Positions 15,201 to 28,849 of a stretch of 64,000 bases of DNA are shown here, one piece after another. The stretch comes from Microthyrium microscopicum (Eukaryota): contig MU004241.1 of assembly GCA_010405405.1 (NCBI GenBank), forward strand, positions 620,001 through 684,000, written 5' to 3'. Under the pieces are notes generated by a model, which worked only from the letters and a program-made list of their open reading frames with translations, searched no databases and was not told the origin of the DNA. A program made the position numbers and the translations under genes. Position 1 is the first letter of the stretch, and each line of letters starts with the position of its first letter.

Positions 15201-16418
15201 TATTTTAAGATAAATAGAATTATAGAAATTTTAATTACTATACTTAAATAGTACTTACGCTTATTTATTAACTAGAATTAAGATAATTAGGCCTTATTAT
15301 TACTCTTTACTAAGTTCGTAGTTAATTTTGTAGTAAGTACTACTACTAGGTTTATATTATTTAAGGCCTAGAACAGCTTTCTATTAAAATTAGAATTAGA
15401 ATTAGCTTATTATCTATTATTTAAGGCTTTATATAAATCTATAGTAGCTTATAAGGAAGTTGCCTTAGTAGACTATATTTAGGATAGTAGAGAGAAGTTA
15501 TACTAATTTTTAAAGAAATAATTAGTATAGGCGTAATTATAGTAAAAGCTCTATGCTAATAAGTATTAGCGTTTAGTACCTAATTTATATTTAGGAGATT
15601 AAGTTCGTCTTAACGTTTATAATTATAATATAATATATCCTTTAAAAACGCTTAATAATAAGAGCGTAGGACTATTTAAAGTTCTTTATAAAATTAATAA
15701 TATTACTTATAAATTAGATCTATTTAAGTTAATAAAAATATATTTAGTATTTTACGCTTAATTATTATATCTTATTAATAATGAGGCTAAGCTTTTTAAG
15801 GAAGTTAACCCTTTATTAGTTATTATTAGCAAAATTAAAGGTAAAGAAGAAGAATGGCTTGTAGACGCTATTATTAATAGTAAATAGAAAGGCCATAGTA
15901 AAGGTAAAGTCTTTAAATATAGAATTAAGTAGAATAGTTATTATAATAAGAGTTAGTAATTATAGTAGAACGTGCTTAATATACTTAATACTATTTTAGA
16001 GTTTTATTATTTATATCTTAATAAATTAGGTTTATATTTCTCATAGAAGCTACTAAAGCTTAACTAGGAAGAAGATTATAATATTAATAATTTACTTATA
16101 GATTAAGATTACGTAGTATAAAAGTACTTTATTTTTATAGTTTTATACTCCTTGTTTTTAGTTTGTTTTTAATAACGCTATTATTAAGATTATTAGATAC
16201 TATAAACTATCTTAAATAGATATTCTTATCTTTATTAATAGATTTTAATAGTTATTAGGGTTAGTAGATAACGTATTATATGTCTCTTAGTAGTAATATA
16301 TATAAAGGAGTTTAGTATTTATATAGATTAAACTAGATTAGACTAGACTAGCCTAGCTTAGTTTAGAATAAAATAGATTAAAATAGTTTAAAAGATTTAT
16401 TTTAGAAGAGAGGAGTTA

Positions 16419-16640
16419 TATAAGGAATCTTTATAGGTTTAGTATTTTAGTATTAGATTTAGAGATCTAATTCTATAGATAAGATTTCTTTATCTTATTT
16501 AGAGTTAGTATATTTAAGGATCTTTTAGGCCTTATATCTTCGTATCTATAGCTTTATCTCTAGATTTTCTCTCTCTGTACGTAGATTCTATAATACTAGC
16601 TATATTCTGCTCGCCTAATCGCGCCTAATAGCTCCTTATA
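16419..16640 (+). repeat. 3' LTR of nested Gypsy element
   Basis: Follows the purine tract, ends in CCTTATA, followed by TSD CTATT. Confidence 0.92.
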
Positions 16641-19600
16641 CTATTATAGGTTTATACTAAACTTTTAAATAATTATAAAACCTTTTATTTAACTTACTTA
16701 AAAGGACGTTCTCTTCTTATTTAAAGACTTAGAAAGAGCTATATTTAAGAAACTAAAATAGCTCTTTACTATTAACTAAATACTAGCCTTATTTAACTAT
16801 AATAAAGAAACTCTTATCTATACTAATTTCTTTAGTTACTCTTTAGGAGCTATATTAGTATAAAAGGATAAGATAAGTAAGTTTTAACTAGTAGCTTATT
16901 TCTCTAAAAAGTATAACTCTACTTAAAGTAATTACTTAATCTATAATAAAGAGATACTTATAATTATACTTACTTTAGAAGAATAAGACTTAGAGCTATA
17001 AGTAGTAAAAAAGTTTAAAGTAATATTTAATTATAAAAACCTAAAGTATTTTATAAAACTATAGAAGTTTATAGAAAGGTACGTCTAATAATCTATTAAA
17101 CTTATAAAGTATAATATAATAATTAAGTACTAACTAGGCTTATAAAATAGTATAGTAAATAGTCTTTCTTATTATAAATAAAATATACCTTAGAATATAG
17201 CTAATAAGAAGATTTAGGCTAGAACTTTTTAACTACTTTATATCTAAAGAGATTAATTACTTAAACTACTATAAGCCTTATCTATCTATATTATTACTCT
17301 TCTTATAGTAGTTAAAGATAAATTAGTAGAGACTTTACTAGCTAATAAAGCTTTAATCCCTAGCTTATTACTACTAATACTAAATATTTCTAAACTATTA
17401 GTAACTTAGTAGAATAAAGTAGTATAGGTTAATAATACTTATTAAGTAACTTATTAGATAATTAAAGCTAGTAGATAAAAGTTTTCCCTATTAATTATAG
17501 GTATTAAGATCTTTATTCCTAACTACTTAATTAATAGTAAGGATTATCTTTACTAGAAAAGATAACTATAGATTTTAAATCTAAAACCTTTATAAATAGT
17601 AATACTATAAATAGCTTATATATTCTTAACTTAAGGCTATTTTAGCTATAAAGATACTTACTAAGCTTTATAGCTATACTTCTTCTAGCTTAGAATTATA
17701 GCTAATATAAGGCGTTTTATAAGAAATTATAGTATATATAGCTAATTAAAGGTTAGTTATAAATAGAAAAGAGGCTTCTTAAAGCCTTTACTTATCCTAA
17801 GCTAATAATAGTAAAAACTATTTATAGATTTTATAATAAACCTTTCTCTATTAAATAAATATATAATCTTAATAATTATTACTAATTAGCTAAGTAAAGA
17901 AGTAATCTTAATCTTCCTTACTTAAAGAGAAGTTAAAGACGTTATAACTATTTTCTTATAATATATCTATTTCTTTTATAATATTCTTAACGTAATTATT
18001 TATAATTATAACCTAGTATTTTTAAAAGACTTTTAGATAAAGTTTTATATACTACTATAAATAGAGCTATAATTATTAACTATATTTTACTCTTAGATAA
18101 ATAGCTTTATAGAATAATAAAACTTAGATATTAAAGCTAAAGTATAAATATATATAAATTATATATAATTAAACTAGTTTTTACTAATATTAATACTTTA
18201 ACTTATACTTAACTTATAACGTTTATTTATAATAAAACTCTTACCCTTTTTTCTATCCTATAGCTTTAAAAACTTTACTTTCTTAGACTTCTTTAAGTAA
18301 GCTTTCTTATCTAAATAAAAAGATACTTTAAAAGAAAGAAGAGAAGAAGCTACTTATATAATTTTAAAAGCTATAGAATAGGCTTAAGATACTATAATTT
18401 TTACTTAAGAAAAAATATAGAAATAAGCTAACTAAATAAGGATCTAAATACCTAAGTATAAAGTTAGTAATTAGGTTTAGCTAGACCTAAAGAATATTAA
18501 GACTAAATAAGTAAAGAAGAAATTTAATTATTATTACTCTAAGTTCTAAGTTATAAAGATAGTAAGCTTATATATAATTATACTAAATATACTATAAAGA
18601 ACTAAGAAATTCTATATTAATCTACTTAGACTAGTAATAAATAACCTATTCCTAAGTTAAGACGCTAATAATTTTTATCTACTACTAATCTTAGTTAAAG
18701 ACTTAGATAGAGAAGAATAAGAAGAGTAGCTAGTAGAAGAGATTATAGCTAAAAAATATAAGAAGATAATAAAGAGTAAACTCTATATAATCTATATTAT
18801 TAAATAGATAGATTATCTAAATATAATAGAAAAACTAATTAACTTTATTAAATAGTTAAAAGCTTATATAAAGTAAATAGAGAAGATAAAGTATATATAA
18901 GATAATTATAGAAGATTAGTACTAAACTAGTCTATTCTTTAAGTATAACTAAGATTAAAAACTAGCTTTCTTATTATAGTAATTAACTTTATAGAGATAT
19001 AATTAGAAGTACTATTTATAACCTATATATAGAAATACTTTTCTTTTATTTATATTAAGACTCTCTTTCTTACTAAATAAAATTAGAAAATTATAAAAAT
19101 ATAAGAAAATTAAAGAAATAAGATACGCTTAATAAATTTCTACTACTAAGAAAGAAAAACCTAATTAGTACCTTAAGGTATAGAAAGACTAAAGTAGATA
19201 ATTAAAAATAGAAGATTCTTATCCTCTTTAGTAACTTCCTTCTTATTATTATAAGGATACTTCTTAGCTAAGCTAATATTATTATTATAAATATAGTTTA
19301 AATATATATTATTATAAAATCCTAGAAGCTAAATATAACCTATATATTATAGCTAATTCTTTAAATTAGAATAGCTAATATAATAAGTATAATACTACTT
19401 TTTATAAGTCTTATTTTACTTATTTTTAGTAGAGAATTATAGAATACTTATATAATAAATACCTAAGGCTTTAAGATAACTAGCCTAGCTACTAGTTAAT
19501 TAAATTATACTAAGAGAATTCTAATAAATTATAATACTATAAACGTTAGGTTATAAATTATTAATAAACCCTTTAAGAGAGGCATTTAATAAGTTAAGAT

Positions 19601-21469
19601 AATTATTAAAGAAGTTAAGAAAATAGTTAGCTATAATATAAAAGGCTTTACTCTATAAATATATTAGTATAAATTAAAAAAGGCTAAAGAAGTATATATA
19701 GTCTAGTTAATATAAAGTACCTTAAATAAAGTATAGTTTTATAGATTATAGTAGTTAATAACTATATATACCTTCTTATATTAAAAAGTAGTTAGTAGAT
19801 AAGAATAAGAATTATAAATAATATTATTCTAATAATAAAATAAAACTTAGTTAAAAAGGTAAAGGCTCTTATTTATATCATTCTAGTAGGCCTTATATAT
19901 AGTTACCTTATACGTAGTAAGTAGATAAAGTAAAGAAGTATTATAATTAATAATAAATATATAAGTAGAGGCAATAGTAATAAGGATATAATTATTAAAG
20001 CTAATAATATAGTTAAAAGTATTAATAATTAGGGTAGCTATCTCTATATAGTTAGTAAAGCTATAACTATTATAATAAATAACTTACTTAATTAATTAAT
20101 TAGTTAGGTAAAGAAGAAGAAACTTAATAAAGACTAATTAGAAGAAAAGAAGCTTATTTAAAGTATAATAAAAGAGGAATAGTTAACTCTATAGAATAAT
20201 ATTACTTTATATTCTCTAAATATATAAGTAGAAGTATAGTAACTTAACTATAGTTACGTTCTTTTAATCTTATTCCTTAATATTATAATAGAGCTTTAAC
20301 TAAGTATAAATAAGATAATTTGCTAATTAAGTAACCTTTATAGGATTATAACTAAAAAGAACTAATATTATATACTAAGAAAGAGGCCTTATACCTAGAA
20401 TTTAGTCTAAAATAAGTAAAATACTAGTATAAAACTAATAGTTAATAATCTAAGCTTTATATTTTATACCTAAAAGTAAATATATAGATCTATATGTTAT
20501 AAATAAAAGCTTTATTATAAATTATAAGAATAATAAGTATTAGATATAGCTAGATAAGATTAGAATCTTATAATTAACTTAGTATTTTAGCTAGAATTTT
20601 TTAAATAAAGGAGGTAATATTAAGGATTAAACTTCCTAAAGCTATACCTATTTAGGCTACCCTTATTATATATAAATACCTTAATTAAAGAGTCTCTTAA
20701 CTCTTCTTTCTCTCTAAGTTACTTTCCTATTTAGTAAGCTTACAATATAACTTATCTCTTTATTATCTAACCTATAATATATATACTAGATATAATAAAT
20801 TTAAAGTATATTATAAGTACCTTAGAGTCTATAGTTTATAATAATATAGAATTTATTTCTTATTTAGGCTTAGTACGTAAATAATTAAATAAAATAATAT
20901 ATATAGATATTTTTTATAACTTAAGTATTAAGCCTAAATAAGACTAGTAATTAGCTTTACTATATACTATATATTTACTATAATATATTAGTATAATAAT
21001 ATAATATAATATTCTACTATTATAGCTTTAATAGCTATATATTTATAAAATATAATAGTTTTAATATTTTATTAATCTAGAAACCTCTATAACTTTTTAT
21101 ATACTTAGTATTTTTAGCTAAAAATACTATAGTTAGACTCCTTATAAAATAACGAGTCTAAATATATATAGATTTATAGTAAAACTACTATATTTTATCT
21201 TTTTACCTTTATTATTCTTTCTTATCTTATTTAAATAATTTATCTCTATAACTTTATGTTCTTAATAACGTATTTTTAACGTTCTAATATATAATTACTA
21301 AATATAGCTCTAATTTATTTTTTTTCTTATTTCTTATAAATCTAATAGCCTAGTATCTAAATTTTAGCTTATTTTACTTAATACTAGACTATATAATTAA
21401 CTTTAATACTAAAATAATATTAAAAAAATACTAAATTTAAACTTTATCCTAGAACAGTTAGTCTAAAAA

Positions 21470-21743
21470 GAAAACTAAAACTAGTATTAAAATCTATATA
21501 ACTAGCTAGTTTAAATACTATAGTTTTTATTAGATTTAAAAAACTAGTATTAAATAATAGTAAATACTAGTTATTATAATAGTATTATTACTAGTTAGTA
21601 ACTAGTATTAGAAAATACTAGTCTATTTATTAACTATTCCTAGAGTATACTAATACTATTTAGTACTAGTATTGAAAATAAAAAACTAGTCTAGTACTAG
21701 TATTAGCTAATAATAGAGTAGACTAAGTAGTTTACCAACCCTG
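21470..21743. mobile_element. terminus of a RIPed DNA transposon (hAT-like) with subterminal ACTAGTATT repeats
   Basis: About 9 ACTAGT(A/C/T) motifs at 21480-21705. The block ends in CCAACCCTG (CAGGGTTGG on minus) exactly at the AT/GC boundary. Partner end not seen. Confidence 0.5.
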
Positions 21744-23112
21744 AAGCTGAGTTCTCAGGAACAGCAGTTATGTTGGGAGCAGCGGCCTGAACGCAAATGC
21801 ATCGTTGCGAGTAGCATTGCTCAAACAGGTTTGACGATCCCCGGCATAGTTCATGTCATAGACACTGGCTTTGAGAACATAGCATTTTACCGCCCTCGTC
21901 ATGGTCTGTACCTCACGCTGAGAGCCGTCATCTCTAATGCTACTGCTGAACAGAGAGCCAGTCGTGCGGCCCGTACTGGCACACAAGATGGGGTATGCTA
22001 TCGGTTTTACACCGAAAAGGCATTTGATCGTGTCGAGTCATTACCACTGCCTTGCATCATGTACCAGGATCTTAAGGCTCATATCCTATTGCTTCATTCG
22101 ATGGGATTCAGCACCTTCCTTTCTTTTGACTGGATCCTAAAACCAGAACCAGAACTGGTTTTGCGAAATTATAGGGACTTGCGAGATTTGTGAGCTAGGT
22201 ATATATCAGCATCATGACGGGCGCTGCTAATTGTTGACGTAGGAACTTCATCGACGACGATTATAAGTTGACTCAGACTGGCCATTTCGCCACAAATTTA
22301 CCTATACAGCCAATCTGGTCTGGAGCCATCTTTCTTGCAACCGAGCAGTTCAATTGCGGAGAAGATATGGCGGATCTCGCAGCCATCTTCAGTGTCCAGA
22401 AATCCATTTTCACGTCTCCTCAAGGCTTTCTTGCTGCTGCTTCAATGGCTGTACTCGAGCTGGGAACTCATAAGTCAGACCATCTCTTCTATCTCTGGGT
22501 ATTCCAGAAATATATCTCAATCACCATGGCCAGCAATGAAAACATGGACCAGGTAAGATCGCTAATTTCGAGGGTTATATCACTACTAACAATGTGGAAA
22601 GTGGTGCGCCTCGCGCCTTCTCTGCAAAGATACCTACCCTAGATGAAGTCGTGAGGCTTCGCTTACGGCTCGAAAGACGCTTGGCCGAGTTGCCTGGCTG
22701 GGAGTTCCACCCGCGCAACCCTTTTGGGAGTGAGGGAAGCCTAAACATCCGCAAAGCTTTGGCAAATGCATTTCACACGCAGTCGGCGATTCACGAGAGT
22801 CTGGATGTCTACAGAACTGTTCATGACAACTGTCCGGCTTTGCTTCACCCTATTTGTGCGCAGCTAAACGCCTGCCATGAATGGATTGTATTCGGCGAGT
22901 TTTCTCAAGGATGGCAGGAGAAGCAATACTTGGAGATTGTCACTGTCATCGAGCCGGAATGGATCATGCTTTTGCCGTATTTTCAGGATGATAGACTGCG
23001 TAAAAATGACGATGGCGAGTTTGAGATGGGCAAGGTGAAGGCTTCGCTTGATGCAGCGCGCGGTGCAACATCCCAGGAGCCCGCTTCAAAACGTCGCAGA
23101 CTTCTTTCTTAG
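21744..23112 (+). pseudogene. 5'-truncated, frameshifted Prp43-like DEAH-box RNA helicase (RecA2, HA2, OB-fold)
   Basis: RKCIVASSIAQTGLTIPGIVHVIDTGF..EQRASRAART..CYRFYTE resembles DEAH motifs V/VI. Introns 22190-22242 and 22553-22601. A TACC duplication at 22631-22638 shifts the frame. The N-terminal half is replaced by the TE block. Confidence 0.85.
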
Positions 23113-23356
23113 TAGTCGTAGACAAAAATCCAGTGTCACGGATCAAGATTGCTTGTTTAGTAGTATTGTTAAAGTTGATGCTTCAGGGATCAACCACATT
23201 GGAGGACTAGCGGCAAATGTTATCCCCTTAGAGGATATTACATGTACCTTTTACCATCACTCCTCGAATTTCAAGTTATCATCATCAGTATAAAGCTTCG
23301 AAGTCATAGCACTTTCTTTTCCTCGACCTAAAAAAACTGACTTTCAAACAGTGACC

Positions 23357-24106
23357 ATGGCAGAACCGCTCTCAGGACCAGGCATTCTCATATCCGCATC
23401 TCATATCATCAAGCCTTCTGAACTTTCCGACGAGGCCTTTAATAAATGGTACAATGAAGTCCATATTCCGGATGTCCTGGCCACTGGCGGCGTAAGCCGA
23501 GCGACTCGATTCCGTAACGCCAGCTCCAAAGCCACTGAAAAATATCTTGTGATATACGAGGTCGATGATCTTTCAGTCATAGCGTCAGAAAGGTTCAAAA
23601 ACATTCCGTTCAAGCACAAGATGTTGCCAGGAGGAGGAGATATTCACGACTTTGTGAACATGGAGATACGGTTCTATAAGAAAATACAGACAGATCCAGA
23701 AGGCAGTGGACAAAAAGGTATGTTGTATTATATCACTATATATCAAATTTCAGGCACTAACTTATGAAAAGAGTTCTATCCGGCTTTGCTTTGGGCTGGT
23801 GTAGGACCAGGAGAGGGCAAGGAGGATGACTATGATGCTTATATGCGTCAAGAGCATCTGCCTCAATTCCGATCTGAGCCAGGCTGGCGACGCTCAACGA
23901 GATACAAGCTCGCCGTGCACGCGAAGAACCCCAGTAAGGAAGGTTGGGGTGAAGGAGAAGCGACTTCCTATATAGCACTGTATGAGTTTGACGAAGGGAA
24001 CAAACTGGGTTCTGAAGTCCAGCCATTGGATCCAATGACGGACTGGACTAAGAGGATCATGGCGCATGCTAAAAAGTTTGAGCTTGGTATATTCCATAAG
24101 ATATGA
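23357..24106 (+). CDS. EthD-like dimeric alpha/beta-barrel protein (two repeats)
   Basis: FNKWYNEVHIPDVL and YDAYMRQEHLPQF..PGWRRSTRY repeats; one intron at ~23718-23772. Confidence 0.75.
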
Positions 24107-24576
24107 GCAATGAACGAATCTGATATTGGCTGCCTATCTGAAATTCAAAAGAGTATAAGATCAATTGAAGCATTTCTATCCAACAGGTTGCGTTGCGGTA
24201 TGTCTCGTCTCTGGTTATTATGAAGGCTACCTGCTTCCGGATGAGAGTCATATATTGTTCACCTTTCTACATTTCCAGGTCAACTTGGTCATCTACATCC
24301 CCTTTCTGTCAACGCTTTTCAGGAAGAAAGTGTCTCACAAGCTAGGAGGTAACGATGGCCCAATACTCCAGGTTTTCAAGGTTAGGAAAGATTCAAGATG
24401 CTTGACTCGTCACTACTACCTGCCCATTCGGGCCCCTGACTAAGTGGCACAGTACGACAGGGTACCTGTTTGTCGCCATGAGATCGAGTATGTTATTGAA
24501 AGATGCTTTCAGTCCACGGGCTCCAAATAGTGTTGACCTTAACAAATCAGCAACGCATAGGTAATCAACATCGAGC

Positions 24577-25411
24577 ATGGCTGCCGCTGTACAGAGCCTA
24601 TCTATAGTTTCAGCCTGGTTTCCGATACTTGGGGACGCGGTATCATGGATCAACACTTACAAACCGATGACTGCTTCAATTGCCGGTATTGTAGGCATAA
24701 ACTAGCATTTAGAATTAGTAGCCTTTTGCTAATGATTGCAGTCTGGCACGACCACAACTTTCGTTTCGCAATGTGAGCCTTCAGCCACTGGTGAACCTGA
24801 CTGTGAGAACAGCGGAGGAAGCAGATACCAAAAGACGTATACCATCGACCCAGCGGGCTTTCGTTACGCTGAAGCTCTTCCGTTCGTAATGTCACCCAAC
24901 ATCTACAACTACACAGACAAGTAAGCAATCTCTCACCACGCAACTCTACTCTGACCATACACTTACGGCCAGTGTTCTGAAATATGTGGAATTGACAGCA
25001 ACTCCGTTCGCAAGCGGTGCTGCAGCGACCGGCTTAGCAGTGTTAGGCCCAGGCGGTGAGTGTTGGAATACAAACGGAGCCAGAACATATTCACTTTCGT
25101 TTTTAACAACGAACATTGACCTAACGTTGACGACCACTTTCAATCATCCGGAGCGAACAGTCGAGCCGGTGATCATCAATTATCTGCCTACCACCATTCC
25201 TGATCCCGCTGGTCCTGTGACACTTACTCGAGGCTGCCCAACATCTACTAACTTCACTATTACGAACTTCCCTCTTTCAACGGCTACAGCTTATATTAGC
25301 AGTAACAATACTGCTACATCGACCAGTTTCAGCAGCGCAAAACAAAGAGCACGGTGGATTTGGGCATCAACATTACTGAGCGTATGCGGCGGCCTCTTGA
25401 TACTCGTGTGA
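24577..25411 (+). CDS. putative secreted/GPI-anchored Ser/Thr-rich cell-surface protein
   Basis: Spliced ORF (introns 24691-24741 and 24921-24972), ASIAGISGTTTTFVSQC motif, S/T-rich stalk and hydrophobic C-terminus. Start codon uncertain. Confidence 0.6.
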
Positions 25412-25526
25412 AGATGTACTGGGTTGTCGAAAACCATGAGGCAGCGACATAGGAGTTTTGCTAAGATATATCATCGGCCTACACCAGTTATTATGATCAT
25501 ATTTGGATTTCATTACGTACATAATG

Positions 25527-28500
25527 CTACAATCCCCTCATAAACTCCTCCACGGTAATAGGCCGTCGAACAGCATTCGAATAGCCTTCGTGAAAACTGA
25601 CCCACACGCGATTCACGTCCGACAACACCACAACCTTCGCTTGACGCTCCGCCTCCTCTCCCGTTGGCTCCTTGAACGCGCGTCCAAAGAAGTCTCTCTT
25701 CACCGCTTTTCTATCTCTAGCATCTTGCTCTGCCACCTCTTCGGCCTTGGTCTTCAAGACTTTGCCTTCTACTAAACCTGCACCGATCGTTGAGGAAGCT
25801 CGCTTGATTGCACGCCGACGCCACTCGCCTTCTAGCACTTGTCGTACTGCATAGCGTACTCCTTCGCCTTTGCTCTTCAGCGAGGCAAAGGTACCCAACG
25901 CATCGAGTCCGGGCTCCATACGGTATACCCAGCCGCCTTTGTTGCGTCCATCGTCTTCTACTTTGCTGCGCTCGAATCGTACGCCTGTGGCGGACATGCA
26001 TTCGACTGCGCGATTCACGCGCTCCTTCTCGTCGGCACGGCGGACACTGGCTGTTGGGGCGGAACGTGCACCTGCGCTAGTTGATGTGTGGATGACTACG
26101 GGCTTGACGTCAGGTGCTAGTAGACGTAGCGTATAAGGTAGGAGCTCTGAGGCGATGACATCGCGAGCGCGATAGAGCCGGGCAAGAGGAAGAGATAGGT
26201 TGGATTGTAGGGCGGTAATGGCAGCAGTGTTGGCTTTGAGGGATTCTGAGACGAGGTAGGGCGCTGCTGGGCCGGAGAATGGTGTGGATGGATCGGGCTC
26301 GTCTTTGGTGAATTTGTTGTCGTGAGCGTGGCGTGGCATGGAGCTGGCAAAGAGGTTGTGGAAGGCCAGTATGGAGGAGGAAAGGTAAGGGGCAAGTTCC
26401 CATTCTTGTGAGTGAAATAGTTGAGAGGAGAGGAAGTCGTGGAAGTACAACCATTCGTATGCGGCGTTTGGTTTGCTGAGGAAGTTGTCGTCTTGCATTG
26501 GCTTATCGGGGTAGATGGAGAAGCAATCTGTCTCGTATTAGTAGGGATAGGAAAAGATCTCAATTGACCTGCCTGTTATGATCTTCTCATGCTCTCCGCT
26601 GGCATCAATCATCTCTCTAAGACGACCCATAGCTCTTCGCTTCGCAGCTTCGGTGACTCCTATGACACCGTCCTTTTGAAAGTTATCGGATTTGGCTAAT
26701 GAGTTGTCTGCTGTCTTTGGAAATCCAGCGCCTTCCTGGAAGACACGATCTACTACTTCTTTGGACCCGCCTCGACCAAGACTGCGTGCTGCACCACCTC
26801 CATAGGAGACTTCAGAAAGGATGTTTTCTTCAATCCATTTTTTGGACACACGCGCTGTTGGGTCGACCAGACAAGAGCTACGCCATCGAGCGGCAACCCA
26901 TTCGCCAACAACAAGGACACTTCGGATATCTCCTTCGACAGTTCCACTACGAAACGATTCCTTTTTGCTGCCCACGCCCCATGTTGCCTCACAGAGTCGA
27001 CGAGTGCCATCCAGATCGCAAGCGATGCCTTCACGCTCGAAGATCGAATGAACTCTTGAGACAACCATTTGGAGTGGAGGCTTGCGAACGTGGATGATCT
27101 CGGCAAAAGAACTTTGGCGAAGAGGGCGTAAAGAAGGATGATAAACATCATTACAGATGAGAATCAGAGGTCTGAGTAGTCGGAAGCGATCACCTTTCTT
27201 CTTCTTTTTGGGAGCTCCGGATCCGTCTGACGATGATGTCGAGTTTGAGTTCTTCTGGTCCAAGTTAATGAGATCAATCAGTGCTTTGACGAAGCCACCG
27301 TCTCCTCCAGCGCCGCTTCCACCAACAACGCCGTCAACCTCATCCACAATTACGCAGACTGGTTTTCCAGCTTTGCGACTCTTTTCACCATTTGCAGCAG
27401 TCAGACTGACGCCACGAACATTTTCAGTCCCAACCATATCTCGGATACGACCTTTTACAACTTGACTGCTGCGTTCATCGCTTGCATTGATCTCTTGGAC
27501 TTCATATCCGGCTTGCTTAGCACACACATGGGCCAATGTTGTCTTTCCAAGCCCTGGTGGACCAGTAAGCATCAGTACTTTTCGGTGCTGTTTGGCATCC
27601 TCATCCCATTGGTTGTTACTGTGGTTATGCTTGGGTTTGGTAGACTTTTTCGCTGCTCCTGGAAAAACGATTGGATCCCAGCTCTTTAACCAATGTAAGA
27701 CGGACCGGTGGGTTCTTTCGTCGCCAACAAGATCTGTGAATTTTCGAGCGCGATACTTTTCAGTCCACAATCGAGGTGCCTTGCTGCTCTTTTTCACCGA
27801 GGAAGTTTCTACTGTTGGAACCACTGCCACTGCCTGTCGAATTTGCTCCAGGGCCTCGGCATCCTTCTTCTCTTTCTCAATCTCGTCCATAAGATCATGA
27901 ATCTCAATTCCATAGAAGGATCGAGTCGCTCGTCCAGCTGTTGTCGTCGATCTCGCAGCAATAATTCGTTCATAGGTTTCTGTGACACCCTTACGACGGA
28001 CTCCGATATAATGTTTGCGTCCTGAGAATAATTCCGCGGTCAAGAGTTCGTGGCGCCCTGAAGTCTTAGTTGGCTGGAGGATTGTCGCCTCCTGTTCAAG
28101 AGCATCGATGTCTTCGAAGTCTGTGCAGGTCTGGCCAGCGTTTTTCTCCTGTGTTTCTATATCCAAAGGCTCGCCAGGCTTCGGTGGCGACTTGTGCGTG
28201 TATTCAACCGGCTCTTCATCTTCGTCTTCCGAGTCCTCATCGAGCGCGAATCCTGCAATTGATCGCACATTGTTTGTGATGGGTCTCAAGGGCGAATAAT
28301 CTTGGTCAAGCTTTCTTCGTTTTCTTGACGCGTCTTGGTCCACTACTCCTTGTGTCTCTAAAACAGACATGATAATTCGACGAGTCGTTGGTGGGGATGA
28401 GGTGACTAGGGCAGTTCGTTCTGCTTTGGTAGGCGTCACTTGTATGGGATCAGAACGTGGACTGTGGAAAGATTGCCCAAAGAACTAACCAACAAGATGA

Positions 28501-28718
28501 TCGTCTTCGCTAAGAAACGCCTCAACTGAATGCCAGGCACGATGCTGAATAACTACTCCGTCTTTTGTCTTTTGCTCAAAATCTTCCGCGGTTTGTTGAT
28601 CAAGAGCTGCTATCTCTTCAGAAAAGGAGGTATTTGGTATGGGATCTGTGGATTCGGAGTGGAGGTGGATGGCAGGATCGAATGAGGATGAGAAATCAGA
28701 GGGAATTCCAAACGACAT
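25527..28718 (-). CDS. CTF18: chromosome transmission fidelity protein 18 (RFC-like clamp loader subunit)
   Basis: LWTEKYR, Walker A GPPGLGKTT, EINASDERS, VDEVDG, LICND and C-terminal WVSFHEGYSNAVRRP. Introns 28439-28489 and 26528-26572 (GC-AG). Confidence 0.95.
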
Positions 28719-28813
28719 CAGCCAGGCTCATTGACTGCTCTTGAGTGTGCCTATGGGGATTCGGTGCAAGGTGGGACCTGTTGAGTTGCTAGAATTGAGA
28801 AATCACTTGTCCG

Positions 28814-28849
28814 ACGCGTCAAAAACGCGTTCCCAGGCTCCGCGACGCG
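28814..28849. promoter_or_regulatory. MluI cell-cycle boxes (MCB) upstream of CTF18
   Basis: ACGCGT at 28814 and 28825, plus CGCGACGCG at 28841, ~100 bp upstream of a replication gene. Confidence 0.65.

Larger units (their letters stand above)
8981..16640 (+). mobile_element. full-length Ty3/Gypsy chromovirus LTR retrotransposon, RIP-inactivated
   Basis: Twin 222-bp LTRs, 5-bp TSD CTATT (8976-8980, 16641-16645) and PPT at 16404-16415. RIPed gag Zn knuckle (~11611), RT (YLDDIL at ~13392, FLGFANFY ~13635), RNase H (NYDIYDKELLA ~13956), integrase (~14900-15250), chromodomain (EEWLVDAII ~15848). Confidence 0.93.
8754..20779 (+). mobile_element. outer Ty3/Gypsy (chromovirus-like) retrotransposon remnant, interrupted by a nested element
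   Basis: De-RIP reading gives the RT end (KCEF..YLG ~8820-8860; AFLGFANFY|RRFI split at 8980/16641), RNase H (VAYFSKK..NY.IYDKEM ~16890-16960), integrase (~17820-18120) and chromodomain (EEWLVEEI ~18720). A PPT-like AAAGGAGG precedes a putative 3' LTR at ~20618-20779. Confidence 0.7.
1..21743. other. AT-rich RIP-degraded transposon block
   Basis: No ORFs in the track, extreme TpA excess and CpA/TpG depletion. Abrupt switch to normal GC coding DNA at 21744. Confidence 0.95.

Noticed and set aside
1..21743. Starship element or centromere
   Set aside because: No captain tyrosine recombinase or cargo boundary is recognisable. Centromere status cannot be judged from a partial AT-rich block.
25503..28299. 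Many + strand and alternative-frame ORFs over CTF18
   Set aside because: Antisense or shadow ORFs of a conserved gene, with no recognisable motifs.
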